From assembly GCA_965645245.1 (NCBI GenBank), contig OZ287076.1, positions 1,860,001 through 1,924,000 on the forward strand: DNA of 64,000 bases. Reading direction: 5' to 3'. Below the pieces are notes generated by a model. The model saw only the letters and a program-made list of their open reading frames with translations, did not search any database and was not told the origin of the DNA. How positions within the stretch are numbered: the stretch's first letter is position 1; each line of letters opens with the position of its first letter. The position numbers and the translations under genes are program-made. The DNA is from Massalongia carnosa. Lineage: Eukaryota. Below, one piece after another: positions 63,346 to 64,000 of this stretch.

Positions 63346-63908
63346 ATGACGGCATACCATGAACATGAGGATAAGAATCCTGCTACAGCAGTGGCCGCCA
63401 GTTCCGAATAATCCGGGAGGCGCATCTCCGGCGCTCACAGCGACATTTGGATCGCGTGTGCGGTCATCAGCCTCCCGATGATGGTGCTCTCCGGTGTCCT
63501 GTTGGGTCTTGTGTTCTATTATCGAGTGAGCCCCAACAGTTCGACCTCGGCGGAATTCCGACTTTCCCAACCCACCAACCATGATCGGAGCGCATATCTG
63601 GTCGATTTCAGCGCCACGAGACTGATCACGATTGCGTCGTGGACGAGTAGTGTCGCCCCGTTGCTCTCGGGTTTCGTCATGACCTTGCTCTCGTTTCCGA
63701 CCGCGCGGCGCATATCGCAGTCCTCGGAGCGTAACCGGGCCCCATCACTGCCGACGCCTTATCAGTTGAGCCTGTACTTGGCCTTGCTGTCCGGCAGCTT
63801 TGGATCGTTATGGCAATGGGCCAAGTATCGGTGCTGGAGGCAGCGAGAGGGGCAGGCATCCGTGGTCGGGACGTTGGTCATCGGATTAGCTGCTGCGACG
63901 TCATTGGG
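63346..63908 (+). CDS. First exon of a conserved fungal membrane protein; in-frame TAA at 63409-63411 (pseudogene, or start at 63478)
   Basis: TM segments and motifs AYLVDFSATRLITIASWTSSVAP and LPTPYQLSL. GTAGGT donor at 63909; the gene probably continues beyond the window. Confidence 0.65.
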
Positions 63909-64000
63909 GTAGGTCGTGCATTTCTCTCGGTATATCGTCCTCTTCGAGCATAACCGCGTCGACGAACAGGAATCTTGACCCTTCAACCTCGCGTTGATTT

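Overview
This is a transposon-rich nuclear region of a filamentous ascomycete fungus, judged from short GT-AG introns with CTAAC/CTGAC branch sites and fungal TE families. Retroelements: a full-length Tad1-like LINE (15-bp TSD), two full-length Ty1/copia elements (one with an intact 1524-aa ORF and LTRs that look identical), a 1.6-kb non-autonomous TRIM-like element carrying a 45-bp tandem array, and three solo LTRs with TSDs. DNA transposons: two near-identical inverted hAT copies, a hypermutated Tc1 relic, and a 13-kb nest of Fot1/pogo, MULE, piggyBac and Helitron fragments. Host genes are few: a modin-like protein, a five-exon membrane protein, two hypothetical proteins (one with a RAMA-like domain) and several pseudogenes (kinase, F-box). 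The most unusual items are (i) a ~340-nt, extensively base-paired candidate non-coding RNA at 32395-32731, (ii) a free-standing His-Cys box (I-PpoI-like) endonuclease gene with a spliceosomal intron, which the ORF track misses, (iii) the TRIM with a His/Cys/Met-rich repeat ORF, and (iv) a C-to-T mutation signature concentrated on CC/GG rather than the CpA of canonical RIP. All calls were made by eye; no database searches were run.
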